IMG/VR virus record: IMGVR_UViG_3300022696_000117
Coordinates: 18,156 to 82,155 of that record
Reading direction: 5' to 3' (one strand)
Length of the DNA: 64,000 bases
DNA from: a virus
Numbering within the stretch: position 1 is the first letter of the stretch; every line of letters begins with the position of its first letter. Under the pieces are notes generated by a model. It was not told the origin of the DNA. It ran no database searches and saw nothing but the letters and a program-made list of their open reading frames with translations. This document shows positions 1 through 9,365 of the stretch, in pieces. Both the position numbers and the translations under genes were made by a program.

Positions 1-8
1 AAAACTTG

Positions 9-37
9 AGGTTACATCCAGGTTACAAAAGGTTACA
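9..37. repeat. Three direct repeats AGGTTACA (9-16, 20-27, 30-37); possible iterons
   Basis: Exact 8-mers at 11- and 10-bp spacing in non-coding DNA at the window edge; the array may extend to the left. Confidence 0.6.
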
Positions 38-51
38 TTTTTAACATCGTC

Positions 52-561
52 CTATATACAGCTGTTATCATTGGTATATTTTCCGCTGGCATGTCTGGCA
101 CGATACGTAGCTTTCGCCTCTCCCACTGACTCGTCCGCGTGGTGCCTCTTGCCGTGCAGCTTGAGGTGGTGGCTGCGACAAAGCCATGTGATGGAAAGCG
201 GCTTTGAGTAGTCCTCGTGATGAGCTTCAGCGTCCGCCTTACCACATACGCTGCACCGTCCCTTTTTTATCTCGCCGGATCTTATGCCGTTGGACACAGC
301 GATCCTTGCCTTATATTTCTCGTGGTTCACAGCTCTGCGCTCCCTCTGCTTGGAAACCGCATATGCTCTCCGCTCCGGATCTTTCCATCTGCGCTTCTCA
401 TATTTAGTATAGTGGTCGATCCGCTTTCTATAGTTTTTGGACACATCCTTTTTAGCGCAAAGCTTGCACTTGTTCAGGTGCCCATCTGCCATCGCCGGAT
501 GCCGGTAAAACTCATCGAGGCTTTTAACCTTTTCACACTTAAAACATTTTTTAGTAATCAT
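52..561 (-). CDS. Phage HNH-family zinc-binding endonuclease
   Basis: N-terminal CxxC pairs; C-terminal CSVCG...AEAHHEDYSKPLSITWLCRSHHLKLH HNH-type motif. Confidence 0.7.
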   Translation of the reverse strand: MITKKCFKCEKVKSLDEFYRHPAMADGHLNKCKLCAKKDVSKNYRKRIDHYTKYEKRRWKDPERRAYAVSKQRERRAVNHEKYKARIAVSNGIRSGEIKKGRCSVCGKADAEAHHEDYSKPLSITWLCRSHHLKLHGKRHHADESVGEAKATYRARHASGKYTNDNSCI

Positions 562-574
562 ATCAGTACCTTAT

Positions 575-1072
575 CTAAAAGGGAATATCCTCGTCATCAG
601 GCGCCTGCGTAGGATCGTATCCGCTGCCCCCAACACCCCCCCCATTATTCGTTGGTATCTTGGGGGTCGAGCCGGCCGCACCGGCGCCGCCGCCCGCCGC
701 CGCGTCGGGTGGGGCTGACCCTTGCTGTTGGTTGTTGGTGCCTCCTCCGAGCATCTGGAGGTCCCTGGCGATGATTTCCGTGGTCCAGCGGCGGTTGCCT
801 TCCTTGTCCTGCCACTCCCTGGTTTGGATTTTGCCTTCGATATAAACCTTGGAGCCTTTGGTGAGGTACTGGTTGCAGATCTCGGCGAGGCGCCTGAAGG
901 CCACTATACGCAGCCACTCGGTCTTCTCCCGCTTTTCGCCGGTGCTCTTGTCGGTCCAGGATTCGGACACGGCTACCGAAAAGTTCGATACCGCCGTGCC
1001 GTCGTCCATATGTCTTGCTTCCGGGTCCCGTCCGAGGTTCCCTACGATAATCGCTTTGTTTACACCCGCCAT
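575..1072 (-). CDS. ssb: Single-stranded DNA-binding protein
   Basis: [20 protein letters not shown]-fold start, [14 protein letters not shown], Gly-rich linker, acidic DDEDIPF tail. Confidence 0.97.
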   Translation of the reverse strand: MAGVNKAIIVGNLGRDPEARHMDDGTAVSNFSVAVSESWTDKSTGEKREKTEWLRIVAFRRLAEICNQYLTKGSKVYIEGKIQTREWQDKEGNRRWTTEIIARDLQMLGGGTNNQQQGSAPPDAAAGGGAGAAGSTPKIPTNNGGGVGGSGYDPTQAPDDEDIPF

Positions 1073-1073
1073 C

Positions 1074-1304
1074 TCACCTGCCTCCCTTCGTCTGTTTCAT
1101 GATTGCATCTTTTGCCTTCTCGACCTCTTCCCGGACCTCCTGGAAGAAGGCTGCGTGGCCGTACATACGGATACACCTGGCCAGCCATGCCGTTGGTCTG
1201 ATTTCCGGGTAGTTCCCGGGGACTCCGTCCATTTCCATGCACATCGCCTTGATCTCCTGTCTCAGAAGGGCGTTGAACTTCGCTGCATCGTCTTTAAGGT
1301 TCAT
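1074..1304 (-). CDS. Hypothetical protein
   Basis: Fits the tightly packed minus-strand operon (4-nt overlap upstream, 1-nt gap to ssb). Confidence 0.6.
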   Translation of the reverse strand: MNLKDDAAKFNALLRQEIKAMCMEMDGVPGNYPEIRPTAWLARCIRMYGHAAFFQEVREEVEKAKDAIMKQTKGGR

Positions 1305-1750
1305 GGTGTGACGTCCTCCACTACGCCCATCGCGCGTCTGAATTCGGTTGTCCTTTCTTCTTTGGACAGCTTCTCGAAAGCCTTCTGGACCTGCGAGCCC
1401 TGCGAGTCGAGTATCTGTCTGAGCATACTCGCCTTGGCGTCTTCCATGGTGAGGTGGATGTTGCCCATCCTCATCGGCTTCCCTGGTCCGCCTGGAGAAA
1501 AGGTCTCCGCCAGCGTCCCCTTCTTTTTCATCCTCTCCGCCGCCCGCGCCGCCGCCATCATCCGTTTGCAGTGGTTGGTCAGCATGATGTGGGCTCGTTC
1601 CTGAAGCTCCTCGGCGCAGGCCTCCGGATTGTCGTCTGGTTCGAGTTCGGCTTCGAGCCGGATCTCGGGGAGCGCCCCGAAGCCATCGGCGGGGAAGTCG
1701 CCACGAGCCTTCACTGCCGTCGCTACAGCCGTAATCTTGGTAATCCTCAC
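1301..1750 (-). CDS. Hypothetical protein
   Basis: GTG start at 1750 with GGAGG SD, overlapping the lysozyme stop codon. Confidence 0.6.
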   Translation of the reverse strand: MRITKITAVATAVKARGDFPADGFGALPEIRLEAELEPDDNPEACAEELQERAHIMLTNHCKRMMAAARAAERMKKKGTLAETFSPGGPGKPMRMGNIHLTMEDAKASMLRQILDSQGSQVQKAFEKLSKEERTTEFRRAMGVVEDVTP

Positions 1751-2205
1751 CGTGGCACCTCCTCCCCCGTCTCGATCATGTGCTTCAGCCGGACCGCCCG
1801 GCCCTTGACCTGGCAGAACCACTTCGAGTCGGCCATCTCAGTGCCGGCGTCCAGCCACCGCTCATCCTTGACCGCGGAGATAAACCGCTTGAACCCGAGA
1901 AACCCGGCCATGCCGAGGTTGAAGCGCATATCGATGAGTGCATGCTGTCTTGCATCGGTGAGGTTCGGCCAGTTCGGGAAGGTTCTTTCCATATCGATGA
2001 CGCATTCGTTGATGTCTCGATCCAGAAGGATCATCGCCTCTGCGTGAGAGAGCCCCTTCTTGTCGAGGCATCTTCCGACGCCGATCGTGGGATGCCCCGT
2101 GATCGTGTCTCCCGGACCGAGAGGCTTTCCGTCGTAATCGTCGTAGACCGTCAGCCGCTGGCCCTCGTGTTCAGCGAGCTGCTGTTTCAGTCGATCCCAT
2201 TTCAT
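1747..2205 (-). CDS. Phage lysozyme/endolysin (GH24, T4-like); C-terminal part of ORF 1747-2562
   Basis: LAEHEG catalytic Glu, YDD..G...TIGVGR, RQHALIDMRFNLG, DSKWFCQVKGRA; own SD AAGGAG before the in-frame ATG at 2205. Confidence 0.88.
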   Translation of the reverse strand: MKWDRLKQQLAEHEGQRLTVYDDYDGKPLGPGDTITGHPTIGVGRCLDKKGLSHAEAMILLDRDINECVIDMERTFPNWPNLTDARQHALIDMRFNLGMAGFLGFKRFISAVKDERWLDAGTEMADSKWFCQVKGRAVRLKHMIETGEEVPR

Positions 2206-2562
2206 ATTGTTTTTCTCCTTTTGCTTGGTAATCCATTCTGATTTTTCAAGGACGGCTCCGGCCGCTTTGGTCCAGGCTTCTTGGACCCGCTTCGAGGCGG
2301 CTTCCCATTCGTTTTTGAACGTAAGCCCGAGATATTCCCTGTGCGTCTCGTAAGCGGTGGAGGCCAGCCATGCCATAGAGGCACCAGCCGGCGGTTCCTC
2401 TTCGGGTTCCGGTTGGGAAAAATTGACCGATAAAAAATCCTTCCGGAGTTCTTTCCCGCAGCGGCCGCAATTGATTGTGGAGACCCACCGGCCTTCGCCG
2501 TCTACGCTGACAATCGCGGGGCTTGAGTCGTCGTGCATGCCGAGGCTGCAAAGGATGCTCAT
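2206..2562 (-). CDS. Cys-containing N-terminal region in frame with the lysozyme (no intervening stop)
   Basis: ATG at 2562 overlaps the upstream stop; CSLGMH and CGRCG motifs. Confidence 0.5.
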
Positions 2563-2813
2563 CCGTCGCCTCCGTCGTCCTGGTCCGTCTTTCTGGCCAA
2601 GCCTTTAAAAATGATCGGGGTGAAGCTTTCGTCCAGCTTTGCCACCGCGACACTGTCGTCGAGCAGTCCGGACCTGAAGGCGACAAGGGCGCCCGGATCG
2701 AACCCGCTGGTCGTGACATGGCTTACCCGTTCATCCTGCACGAAGACCGCGGCAGCCCGCTTTGCAAAATCAATCACCGTTTCCATTTCCTCTATGTCAA
2801 TAATCATGCCCAT
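2559..2813 (-). CDS. Hypothetical protein
   Basis: GGAGG SD before ATG at 2813; operon packing. Confidence 0.55.
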   Translation of the reverse strand: MGMIIDIEEMETVIDFAKRAAAVFVQDERVSHVTTSGFDPGALVAFRSGLLDDSVAVAKLDESFTPIIFKGLARKTDQDDGGDG

Positions 2814-2814
2814 A

Positions 2815-3030
2815 TCAATCCTCCACCCCCTGATGCCTGCACAACCCTTCCCGCAAATCCTTCCCGCAGACATTGCATTTTGGTACGGGGTGATGGAAAG
2901 AGCCTTGGAGGCAGCACATTTCAGGCTTGCTCATGACGTGCGACGGGTGCCGCTCCCAGGTCCTCCAGACAGTTTTTTCGCATGCGGCGCACTTCCATAC
3001 CACCGGGTATCGCTTGGTTGCCCTGCTCAT
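2815..3030 (-). CDS. Small Cys-rich (Zn-finger-like) protein
   Basis: CAAC, CC, CNVC motifs; 4-nt overlap with the exonuclease stop. Confidence 0.55.
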   Translation of the reverse strand: MSRATKRYPVVWKCAACEKTVWRTWERHPSHVMSKPEMCCLQGSFHHPVPKCNVCGKDLREGLCRHQGVED

Positions 3031-3650
3031 GGCTTGATCCTCCCGAACATGTTGCAGGCAGACCCGGTCCAGCTTGAAAATATTCTTTCCGCAATCACCT
3101 TTTTTGTCAGGGCGATAGTCGCCCTTATGTCAGCCATGGCGTCATGCGCGTTGGCCAGGGCTATACCGAAGTGCTTGCACATGGTTTCAAGCTTACAGTC
3201 CTTGGTTTCGATGATCCCTGCCCTCCAAAGGCAAACCAGAACAGGGTACGGATCTATCGGCTGGAATTGAAGATGATCCCAGAAGGCATATGGCCCTCCT
3301 GAGCACTTTTCATACCATGCCGAAAGAAACTGGAGGTCGAACTGGTTATTGTATCCTCCCGGGATATACCGTTTGGCTTTGTTTTTTCTGAAGCCATGCC
3401 TGTCAAGGATGCAATTTAATTTTTGGTATGCTTCCAGCGGATCCATGAACGTGCTGATCTCATCCATGGCGACTCCGTTCACAGCAAGAGCTTCTTTGGA
3501 AATCAGATCCCCCTTGAAGGGCTTCATCTTCAGGTTGAACTCTTCGACAAGCCCTTCCTCGGTTTCGATCGCCCCAGCTATTTGAATTACACCATGCCTG
3601 CCAGGCTCGGTTCCTGTAGTTTCAAGGTCATTCCAGAATATTCTTTTCAT
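3027..3650 (-). CDS. DEDDh 3'-5' exonuclease (DnaQ-like)
   Basis: ExoI DLETTG, ExoII GYNNQFD, ExoIII AHDAMADI. Confidence 0.92.
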   Translation of the reverse strand: MKRIFWNDLETTGTEPGRHGVIQIAGAIETEEGLVEEFNLKMKPFKGDLISKEALAVNGVAMDEISTFMDPLEAYQKLNCILDRHGFRKNKAKRYIPGGYNNQFDLQFLSAWYEKCSGGPYAFWDHLQFQPIDPYPVLVCLWRAGIIETKDCKLETMCKHFGIALANAHDAMADIRATIALTKKVIAERIFSSWTGSACNMFGRIKP

Positions 3651-3994
3651 GGCCGAACCCCCGTAGCCATCTGAAGCTCATAGATGGCTCGTTCAAGATG
3701 CCCGAGGTTGTCCGCGGGATCGCTCGTTTCGTCGGTCTCTATCCTGATTACGATTCGGTAGATCTTTCCGTCTTCGGTCTCGAAGGTTCCGTCGGTTTCG
3801 ACAGGCCTGCCGGGAGGGGCAAGCGGGCTGACTTGCTCTGAAACATAGACGACGTATCTATCGGTCCGGACCCCGTTTACCGCCGGCTGCTCCACGATCA
3901 CTTCAGCACCCCAGGCCGACGTTGCTAGTAAGATCGCACCGGCTGCTATCAGCTTTGCCGGTTTGTCGCAAAGATCGCAGAATGCTCGTTTCAT
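3647..3994 (-). CDS. Hypothetical protein
   Basis: 4-nt overlaps at both ends; hydrophobic N-terminal stretch. Confidence 0.55.
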   Translation of the reverse strand: MKRAFCDLCDKPAKLIAAGAILLATSAWGAEVIVEQPAVNGVRTDRYVVYVSEQVSPLAPPGRPVETDGTFETEDGKIYRIVIRIETDETSDPADNLGHLERAIYELQMATGVRP

Positions 3995-4197
3995 GCTCCC
4001 TCCAAAATCATCACGGCCGAGTCATAGGCTTCCTCATAGCCCTGGCCGACAGGGCTGTAGAGGTCTTGCTGAATATATCCCGGCAGGCTCTTAAAGCATT
4101 TCCAGCAGAAAGACTTCCCCCTGGCTTTCATCTTGCCGCAGATGCACTCCTCGCTTTTGAGTTGGTCGATGTAAAAAAGTCTGTCGCTTGGTTTCAT
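3991..4197 (-). CDS. Small Cys-rich hypothetical protein
   Basis: CICG...FCWKC; ATGA overlap at 4194-4197. Confidence 0.55.
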   Translation of the reverse strand: MKPSDRLFYIDQLKSEECICGKMKARGKSFCWKCFKSLPGYIQQDLYSPVGQGYEEAYDSAVMILEGA

Positions 4198-4883
4198 TTT
4201 TTCTCCACTTTTTTGAAAGTTATGGCCCAGACCCAGGGATTTGAAAGCCAGTCGATACCAGGCTTCTTCCCGTTCAGAACCTCCCAATATTCGTAGAAAT
4301 GCTCCGAGGGGTACTGGCCGATGTAATCGTTGCCAGCGGGGGTGACGACTGCCGTAGATTCGAATCCCTCGGCAATCGCGTCCTCTTCGCTGATTTGATT
4401 GAGTCGTTGAACCCGAATATCCGTGATTTCAAGGAATATCCGGCAGACCCACTTGGGCATGAAGATGGAGGGGCGCCAAGGGCCCTCGTCGAGACTGTCG
4501 GCCTTGTATTCGATCGGCCGAGTTTTTAAATATTCCAGGTCGAGGCCCTTGAGGCTTCCTTCGAGAATATCTGGGTCAAGGGCTTCGTATCCAGCGAATG
4601 CCTGCCCCTCCCATAGCCGCCAGGTTTCCCGAACCCACAAGCGGTCGCCGACCCTTCCATATGGACACAGATATGCCCGTGGCTCAAAGATCCCGGTTTT
4701 CCCTGTCTTACTCAACGGCATCCAAAGGCTTTCCCCGTCCACTTCCCCATTCTCGAACCGGTCCAGATTGCTCGTACCGGTGCAAACAGGCTGCGGCCTC
4801 AAAGGCCTTCGTGTCTGCGTCTTCCGCCCATTCAAAATCAAACGAACCATCTCGGTGCTGAATAAAGTCGGCAGCTCCCTCAT
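4194..4883 (-). CDS. ASCH/PUA-like phage protein
   Basis: LFSTEMVRLILNGRKTQTRR, CPYGRVGDRLWVRETW, WRPSIFMP, ISEEDAIAEG, NPWVW motifs; ATG at 4883 with GGAGG SD. Confidence 0.8.
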   Translation of the reverse strand: MRELPTLFSTEMVRLILNGRKTQTRRPLRPQPVCTGTSNLDRFENGEVDGESLWMPLSKTGKTGIFEPRAYLCPYGRVGDRLWVRETWRLWEGQAFAGYEALDPDILEGSLKGLDLEYLKTRPIEYKADSLDEGPWRPSIFMPKWVCRIFLEITDIRVQRLNQISEEDAIAEGFESTAVVTPAGNDYIGQYPSEHFYEYWEVLNGKKPGIDWLSNPWVWAITFKKVEKK

Positions 4884-4999
4884 CGTTTGTCCTCCCTCCC
4901 TTCGCTCATCCTGATCCCATACGTGACCCACTTGAAGGCCAGAAACGATCTCCCCAGATCGTCCTTTTCCGTTCGCCACACTTTGATTTTCTTGGTCAT
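4880..4999 (-). CDS. 39-aa small protein MTKKIKVWRTEKDDLGRSFLAFKWVTYGIRMSEGREDKR (below ORF-track cutoff)
   Basis: AAGGAG SD before ATG at 4999; its stop overlaps the ASCH start (ATGA). Confidence 0.55.
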   Translation of the reverse strand: MTKKIKVWRTEKDDLGRSFLAFKWVTYGIRMSEGREDKR

Positions 5000-5013
5000 G
5001 GTTTTCTCCTTGG

Positions 5014-5214
5014 TTAAATTTTGTAGGGCGTGTGAACAGGACATTCATCGAATTCACACGTCAGTCCCCGCTTGGCCATCTCCTTTACCAGCGTCCGGCA
5101 TCTCCGGCAGTAGTACCAAAGCCCGGGAGCCACCGGTCGCCGCCCACACATTTTGCACGTCCGTTTCTGTCTGGGCTCCTTCGCCCGTTCCGGATTGTGC
5201 TGCCTCGAAAGCAT
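5014..5214 (-). CDS. Small Zn-ribbon protein
   Basis: CKMC...CRRC; GGGAG SD. Confidence 0.55.
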   Translation of the reverse strand: MLSRQHNPERAKEPRQKRTCKMCGRRPVAPGLWYYCRRCRTLVKEMAKRGLTCEFDECPVHTPYKI

Positions 5215-5236
5215 TGTTTCTCCCTTCACCCAAAAA

Positions 5237-5252
5237 GGTCCCATTTGGGAAA
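5237..5252. promoter_or_regulatory. Operator-like palindrome GGTCCCATTTGGGAAA
   Basis: Intergenic copy of the CCC-N4-GGG motif found at >=8 intergenic sites. Confidence 0.6.
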
Positions 5253-5265
5253 ATTCAGGACAAAA

Positions 5266-7821
5266 TTAATTGAGACATCTGGCCCCCACCGGGCCCATTA
5301 CCGCGTCGTATCTGAAGATCATAGATCTCCGGCTCTTCGATGTCTGGTTCCACGAGTATTTCACCGCTCTCTGCGACTCCATGAATGCGGAGTGATTCTC
5401 TAGCGCCTCCTTCAGCTCCTTGGTAGAAGCAACTACCTTATACCCTCTTTTGTCGAGGGCCTTGGTAAGCTCCGGAAGATGAAGCCTGATTTCGTTCGCG
5501 TCCGGCTTCAACATGAGGCATAGCCCGATATCTTCATTCCATTCCTCTTCGCCGATGCCGAGGACCAGGTCGAAGAAATATTCGGCCAGGGCGCCGGCTT
5601 CTCGGGAACACTCCTTCTGTTTTGCGATCCCGATCTCTTGAAGATATGACTCCAGCGGATAGGCGATTCCGAGTTGGTCCATGAAGAGCCGATGGAACGC
5701 CAGGACCGTGGCGTGATTCTCGTTGATTCGGTTATCCGAGATGTAGCATCTCAAATCGGCTTTAGCCCGAACGAACTCCTGGAACCATGTGTCTTTGTAG
5801 TGAGGATGCTGCTGAATGACTGAAATGTAAAATGCGCCGAAGTCTGAAAGGGGGATGTCGCGGAGTTTGTCAAAGGCGAGCTTGGATCCGATGCTCTGAT
5901 AGTCCTTCGAGAAATAAGAGGATATGACCCGCTCCCTCTGCGGCTTGTTTTCCCATGGTTCCCTGTTCTGGGCGAAGGCGATCCCGCCCTTGAGCTTCAG
6001 GGTCTCCGTCCTGTTGTCGGTGGACTTGATCCCCTTGATCTGGAGTGGGGCGTCATTGTATCCGCCGAGGACGAAGCGAAAATCAAACTTGGCTTTCTGC
6101 GCCGCCTTGTCCGCCTCGATGATGCCCTGGAATAGATTGGATCTCTGTGAAAGCAGCCGCACGATCCCGACCGCCGTGTCGCTCGGTTTGATCTGGTGGC
6201 CCTCTTCGTCAAGGCACTGCATGGCGTTCAGGAACACCATCATGTTCGATTTGCCGGTGCCGGGTTCTCCGTAATAAGACAGGAACGGAAACTGCCGGCA
6301 TTTGGCTTTGATGTCGCCGACGAACCACGACGCGATGGTCCACGCAACTCCGACAGCGGCCCGGTCCCCCCATGCGTCGATCAGGAGGTTATAGATATCC
6401 TTAATCGGTGTTCCGGTCGTGGGGACCAGGTCCGGAAGCTGTGCGGCTCTCAGGAACCGCCGCGTACCACAGTCGAAGATTCCCGTTTCCTGGTCCGGGT
6501 AGACGATCTTCCTGGTCTGGTCGATCATGAACTCTCGGAATACGTACCCGCCTGACTCACGATCATAGCCCTTCTGCTGAAGCTGTCTGACGATTGGTGC
6601 CTTGGATGTGGTGATCTGGTTCAACAGGCTCACCACCGGCGCCTTCTCTCCGCTCCACACGGCGTTCGCTCTGGACAAAAAGAGCGTCGTCATCTGGGCC
6701 GCGGAGCTTAACTCATTCGCCGTTGCCGTGAACCTGGTCGGTGCGCCCTTCGGCTTTCGCACCTCGATATTGTATCGGTAGACCGGCTCATCCGGGTTCT
6801 GGTTTTCCAAAAGAAAGGAGACGACGCGGCAGGTGAAGTTCGACACCGGGCTGCACATCACTTCCGGCTCCTTTTTATTGCTGAGGGAACTGAAGTAATA
6901 TTTGCTTCCCCAGTCGAAAAGCCCGGCCGGTTTCCCGCGATGCTCGTACCAGACCTGGGCATACTCCTGGGCGTTCTTTGCGATCGCAAGCCGCCCCATG
7001 AACAGAAGCTCCTCCCATTGTGTGTCGATCCACGCGGCCGCGTCCTGGGCGTCTTTGGTGACCAGAAGATCGTTCCAGTCGCCATGCGGAAGACACACGT
7101 GCTGCATGTCCGGATGCTTCTTGTGCCAGTTGCGGTGAGCCTTCCACCCGGCGGAATCGTTGTCGAAGGCGAAAATCAATTCCTTCCACATCGACAGGTC
7201 TATGTTCGCCGGGTCCCGCTTCGACGCCAGAACGGCGATCGCCTGGAAGCCCATCTCGATCAGGGCCAGGGCGTCTATGACACCCTCGGTAACGTATGTC
7301 GGTTTGGAGTAATCATAGCTCAGGGCCGGGTGCTGCCAGTACAGACCCTCCTGTGATCCGAAGCCGTGGCCTTTCTGCTCACCCTTGGGAGGGTTGAAAA
7401 TCCGTCCGTTCCATACCTCCTTGCCCGCCGAGTTTACCCCCACATAAAAAAGAATGCCGCCGACCCCGAGGCCGCGGCAATTTTTTATGTACTTGAAATT
7501 CAGACCCTCAGCCGCCTTTTCGATTCCGCGAATCGACAGGAACCTTTTCGCCGGCAGATGAGGGTCTGTTTCTGTAGCGGGGTATCTTTCCTCGATCGAG
7601 GAAAGCAGGTTGGGAAAAACCCTTGTTATGGCGGTCGTTTCGCCGCATTTGTTGTTCCGGTGGCATATGATGGCCAGAGGAGAGGCCGAGTAGGCAAAGG
7701 CTTCCGGCCGTTGACATTCCGGGCAAATTATGTTCTCTATGTATTTCCCAACAATCTTCGCTTTGGGACTCCAATAGGGAGAATCCCTAAGCTGTTCCAA
7801 AATTTCGTCTGCTGAAAGCAT
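5266..7821 (-). CDS. Primase-helicase (Zn finger + Toprim + P-loop NTPase)
   Basis: CPEC...C Zn finger; Toprim VTEGVIDAL and FAFDND; Walker A YGEPGTGKS. Confidence 0.88.
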   Translation of the reverse strand: MLSADEILEQLRDSPYWSPKAKIVGKYIENIICPECQRPEAFAYSASPLAIICHRNNKCGETTAITRVFPNLLSSIEERYPATETDPHLPAKRFLSIRGIEKAAEGLNFKYIKNCRGLGVGGILFYVGVNSAGKEVWNGRIFNPPKGEQKGHGFGSQEGLYWQHPALSYDYSKPTYVTEGVIDALALIEMGFQAIAVLASKRDPANIDLSMWKELIFAFDNDSAGWKAHRNWHKKHPDMQHVCLPHGDWNDLLVTKDAQDAAAWIDTQWEELLFMGRLAIAKNAQEYAQVWYEHRGKPAGLFDWGSKYYFSSLSNKKEPEVMCSPVSNFTCRVVSFLLENQNPDEPVYRYNIEVRKPKGAPTRFTATANELSSAAQMTTLFLSRANAVWSGEKAPVVSLLNQITTSKAPIVRQLQQKGYDRESGGYVFREFMIDQTRKIVYPDQETGIFDCGTRRFLRAAQLPDLVPTTGTPIKDIYNLLIDAWGDRAAVGVAWTIASWFVGDIKAKCRQFPFLSYYGEPGTGKSNMMVFLNAMQCLDEEGHQIKPSDTAVGIVRLLSQRSNLFQGIIEADKAAQKAKFDFRFVLGGYNDAPLQIKGIKSTDNRTETLKLKGGIAFAQNREPWENKPQRERVISSYFSKDYQSIGSKLAFDKLRDIPLSDFGAFYISVIQQHPHYKDTWFQEFVRAKADLRCYISDNRINENHATVLAFHRLFMDQLGIAYPLESYLQEIGIAKQKECSREAGALAEYFFDLVLGIGEEEWNEDIGLCLMLKPDANEIRLHLPELTKALDKRGYKVVASTKELKEALENHSAFMESQRAVKYSWNQTSKSRRSMIFRYDAVMGPVGARCLN

Positions 7822-7858
7822 CCGATCCCCACCCCTTTTTAAATTGGACGATAGTTAA

Positions 7859-7897
7859 ATACCTGCCTGGGAATCAAACATGTATCCAATTGGGAAG
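7859..7897. promoter_or_regulatory. Operator-like sites upstream of primase (ATACCTGCCTGGGAAT; GTATCCAATTGGGAAG)
   Basis: The second copy matches the 44294-44309 site at 14/16 positions. Confidence 0.55.
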
Positions 7898-7951
7898 ATT
7901 GAGGCGTTAAAAAAATTACCAGTGGTTTGCTCAGAATTTTTTAGGCCGGAG

Positions 7952-8380
7952 CTACTTCTCTTTTTTTTTCTCTGCGCCTTCCTCCCAAAGGCGTTGAAGA
8001 AGCTTCCCTGGGTCCGTTCCGGACTCCTGAAATTTTAAGGCATACTTACGAAGCGTCTCGTTTTCGTATACCGTCAAAGTGTGTATGTAATTTGCCTCTG
8101 CCTCATTTAGGTCCAGCTTTTCCTTCATTTCTTGTACGCTCAAAATACCACCCCCTATAAAAAGTGCGAGGTGTTCCTCTGTCACCGTTCTCTCATGCTT
8201 TTCAAAATGCACATATTCGCTGAGTCGGTTTTGAGGCACCCCTGTAACACTGGAGATCTCTACGTAGGTCCACCCCTCTACGGAGGCCATAAACGCAAGC
8301 TTGCGCCCCACGTATTCAGTCACTTTCTCCAGTAGTTCCTTTTTTTCTTTACGTCTTAGCCAACTTACTTTCTTAGCCAT
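7952..8380 (-). CDS. XRE-like HTH transcriptional regulator (candidate repressor)
   Basis: GWTYVEISSVTGVPQNRLSEY helix-turn-helix; AAAGGAGG SD; first gene left of the divergent promoter region. Confidence 0.7.
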   Translation of the reverse strand: MAKKVSWLRRKEKKELLEKVTEYVGRKLAFMASVEGWTYVEISSVTGVPQNRLSEYVHFEKHERTVTEEHLALFIGGGILSVQEMKEKLDLNEAEANYIHTLTVYENETLRKYALKFQESGTDPGKLLQRLWEEGAEKKKEK

Positions 8381-8440
8381 TCTACAAAATCCTCCTTTGT
8401 TGGACAATGTTTTCCCAAGCAGTTTTTGGTTCTCGGGAGT

Positions 8441-8469
8441 ATCTACAGGAGGTCAGCGGACAAGTCAAG
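8441..8469 (-). promoter_or_regulatory. Leftward sigma70-type promoter TTGACT-N17-TAGATA
   Basis: Consensus-like hexamers with 17-bp spacer upstream of the HTH gene. Confidence 0.55.
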
Positions 8470-8524
8470 AATTTTTTCCCAATTTTTTACCCAAAACTTT
8501 TCCCAACTCTTTTCCATTTTCCGC

Positions 8525-8553
8525 TTGACTTTTCCCAGACGGGAAACTATAAG
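8525..8553 (+). promoter_or_regulatory. Rightward promoter TTGACT-N17-TATAAG with operator TTTCCCAGACGGGAAA (8531-8546) in the spacer
   Basis: Near-consensus -35/-10; a 6-bp-arm palindrome fills the spacer. Confidence 0.75.
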
Positions 8554-8763
8554 GGATCTTAGCGGGGATAAGCCTGAACTTTCAGGCCCCCGAGTTGACA
8601 ATACCCCGACGGCTCGGGACGGCACCCGAGCCGTCAAACCAATCTTAAAAGGCGAAAGGAGGAGTCGGTGTAGACGAAAACAAAGATTGAATCGTTTAGA
8701 GTGCTGTCAAAACTGCCCGGGCCTATCTGGGGGCCCGGGTAACTTCACCAAGGGAATCTCAAC

Positions 8764-9354
8764 ATGCAGACCATCAATTACTCACAAATAGTCGGATATC
8801 ATCATGCCAGAAAAGGCCGTCCGCTTCGAAAGCCGACCCGCGGCGAACTCGACACAATCCTGACCCTTGCCTACGCGATGGCGCTACACGGCTGGATCGT
8901 CGAACAAACCGCACCGCCGGCGCCCGATGCGTCGACTGATGAACAGATCGAATATATCACCATGCTTTCACTGGCTGATTCGGTGAGAGAGCAGGTGATG
9001 GAGGCGTACAAAGGCTACGACTGCGCCGTATCCGAAGAGCAGGTCAAGGAAATCGACAAAAAGATCGACAAGCTGAAGGCAAAGATGTGGTCTAAACCGC
9101 AGACGATGCAGGTCTACTGCTCGTTCGTTCTGAAGCGGATCAGCGATCACCTCGAAATTCCGAAGCGAAAGTTGAAAAACGGCCGTGTGGTTCCGAAGAA
9201 ATCCGGCTGGATCAAAAACAAAGGTATCCGCGAATCATTAAAAGCGGTCAATTCCTGTGTCTACTCCCTCCTCCAGCATTTCGATCCGGAGACCGATGAC
9301 GTAGACGCGATGGACAACGGAAAAGAAGCCCAGAGATATTGGGCAACACTGTAA
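8764..9354 (+). CDS. Hypothetical protein, first gene of the rightward operon
   Basis: 196-aa ORF downstream of the rightward promoter. Confidence 0.7.
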   Translation: MQTINYSQIVGYHHARKGRPLRKPTRGELDTILTLAYAMALHGWIVEQTAPPAPDASTDEQIEYITMLSLADSVREQVMEAYKGYDCAVSEEQVKEIDKKIDKLKAKMWSKPQTMQVYCSFVLKRISDHLEIPKRKLKNGRVVPKKSGWIKNKGIRESLKAVNSCVYSLLQHFDPETDDVDAMDNGKEAQRYWATL

Positions 9355-9365
9355 AGGAGGATACA

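Noticed and set aside
2405-2420. Additional operator copy GGTTCCGGTTGGGAAA
   Set aside because: Inside coding sequence and imperfect; could be chance, so it is not counted.
8470-8525. CRISPR or mini-array in the TTTTCCCAA-rich stretch
   Set aside because: The units are short and degenerate with no spacers; better explained as operator half-sites or A-tracts.
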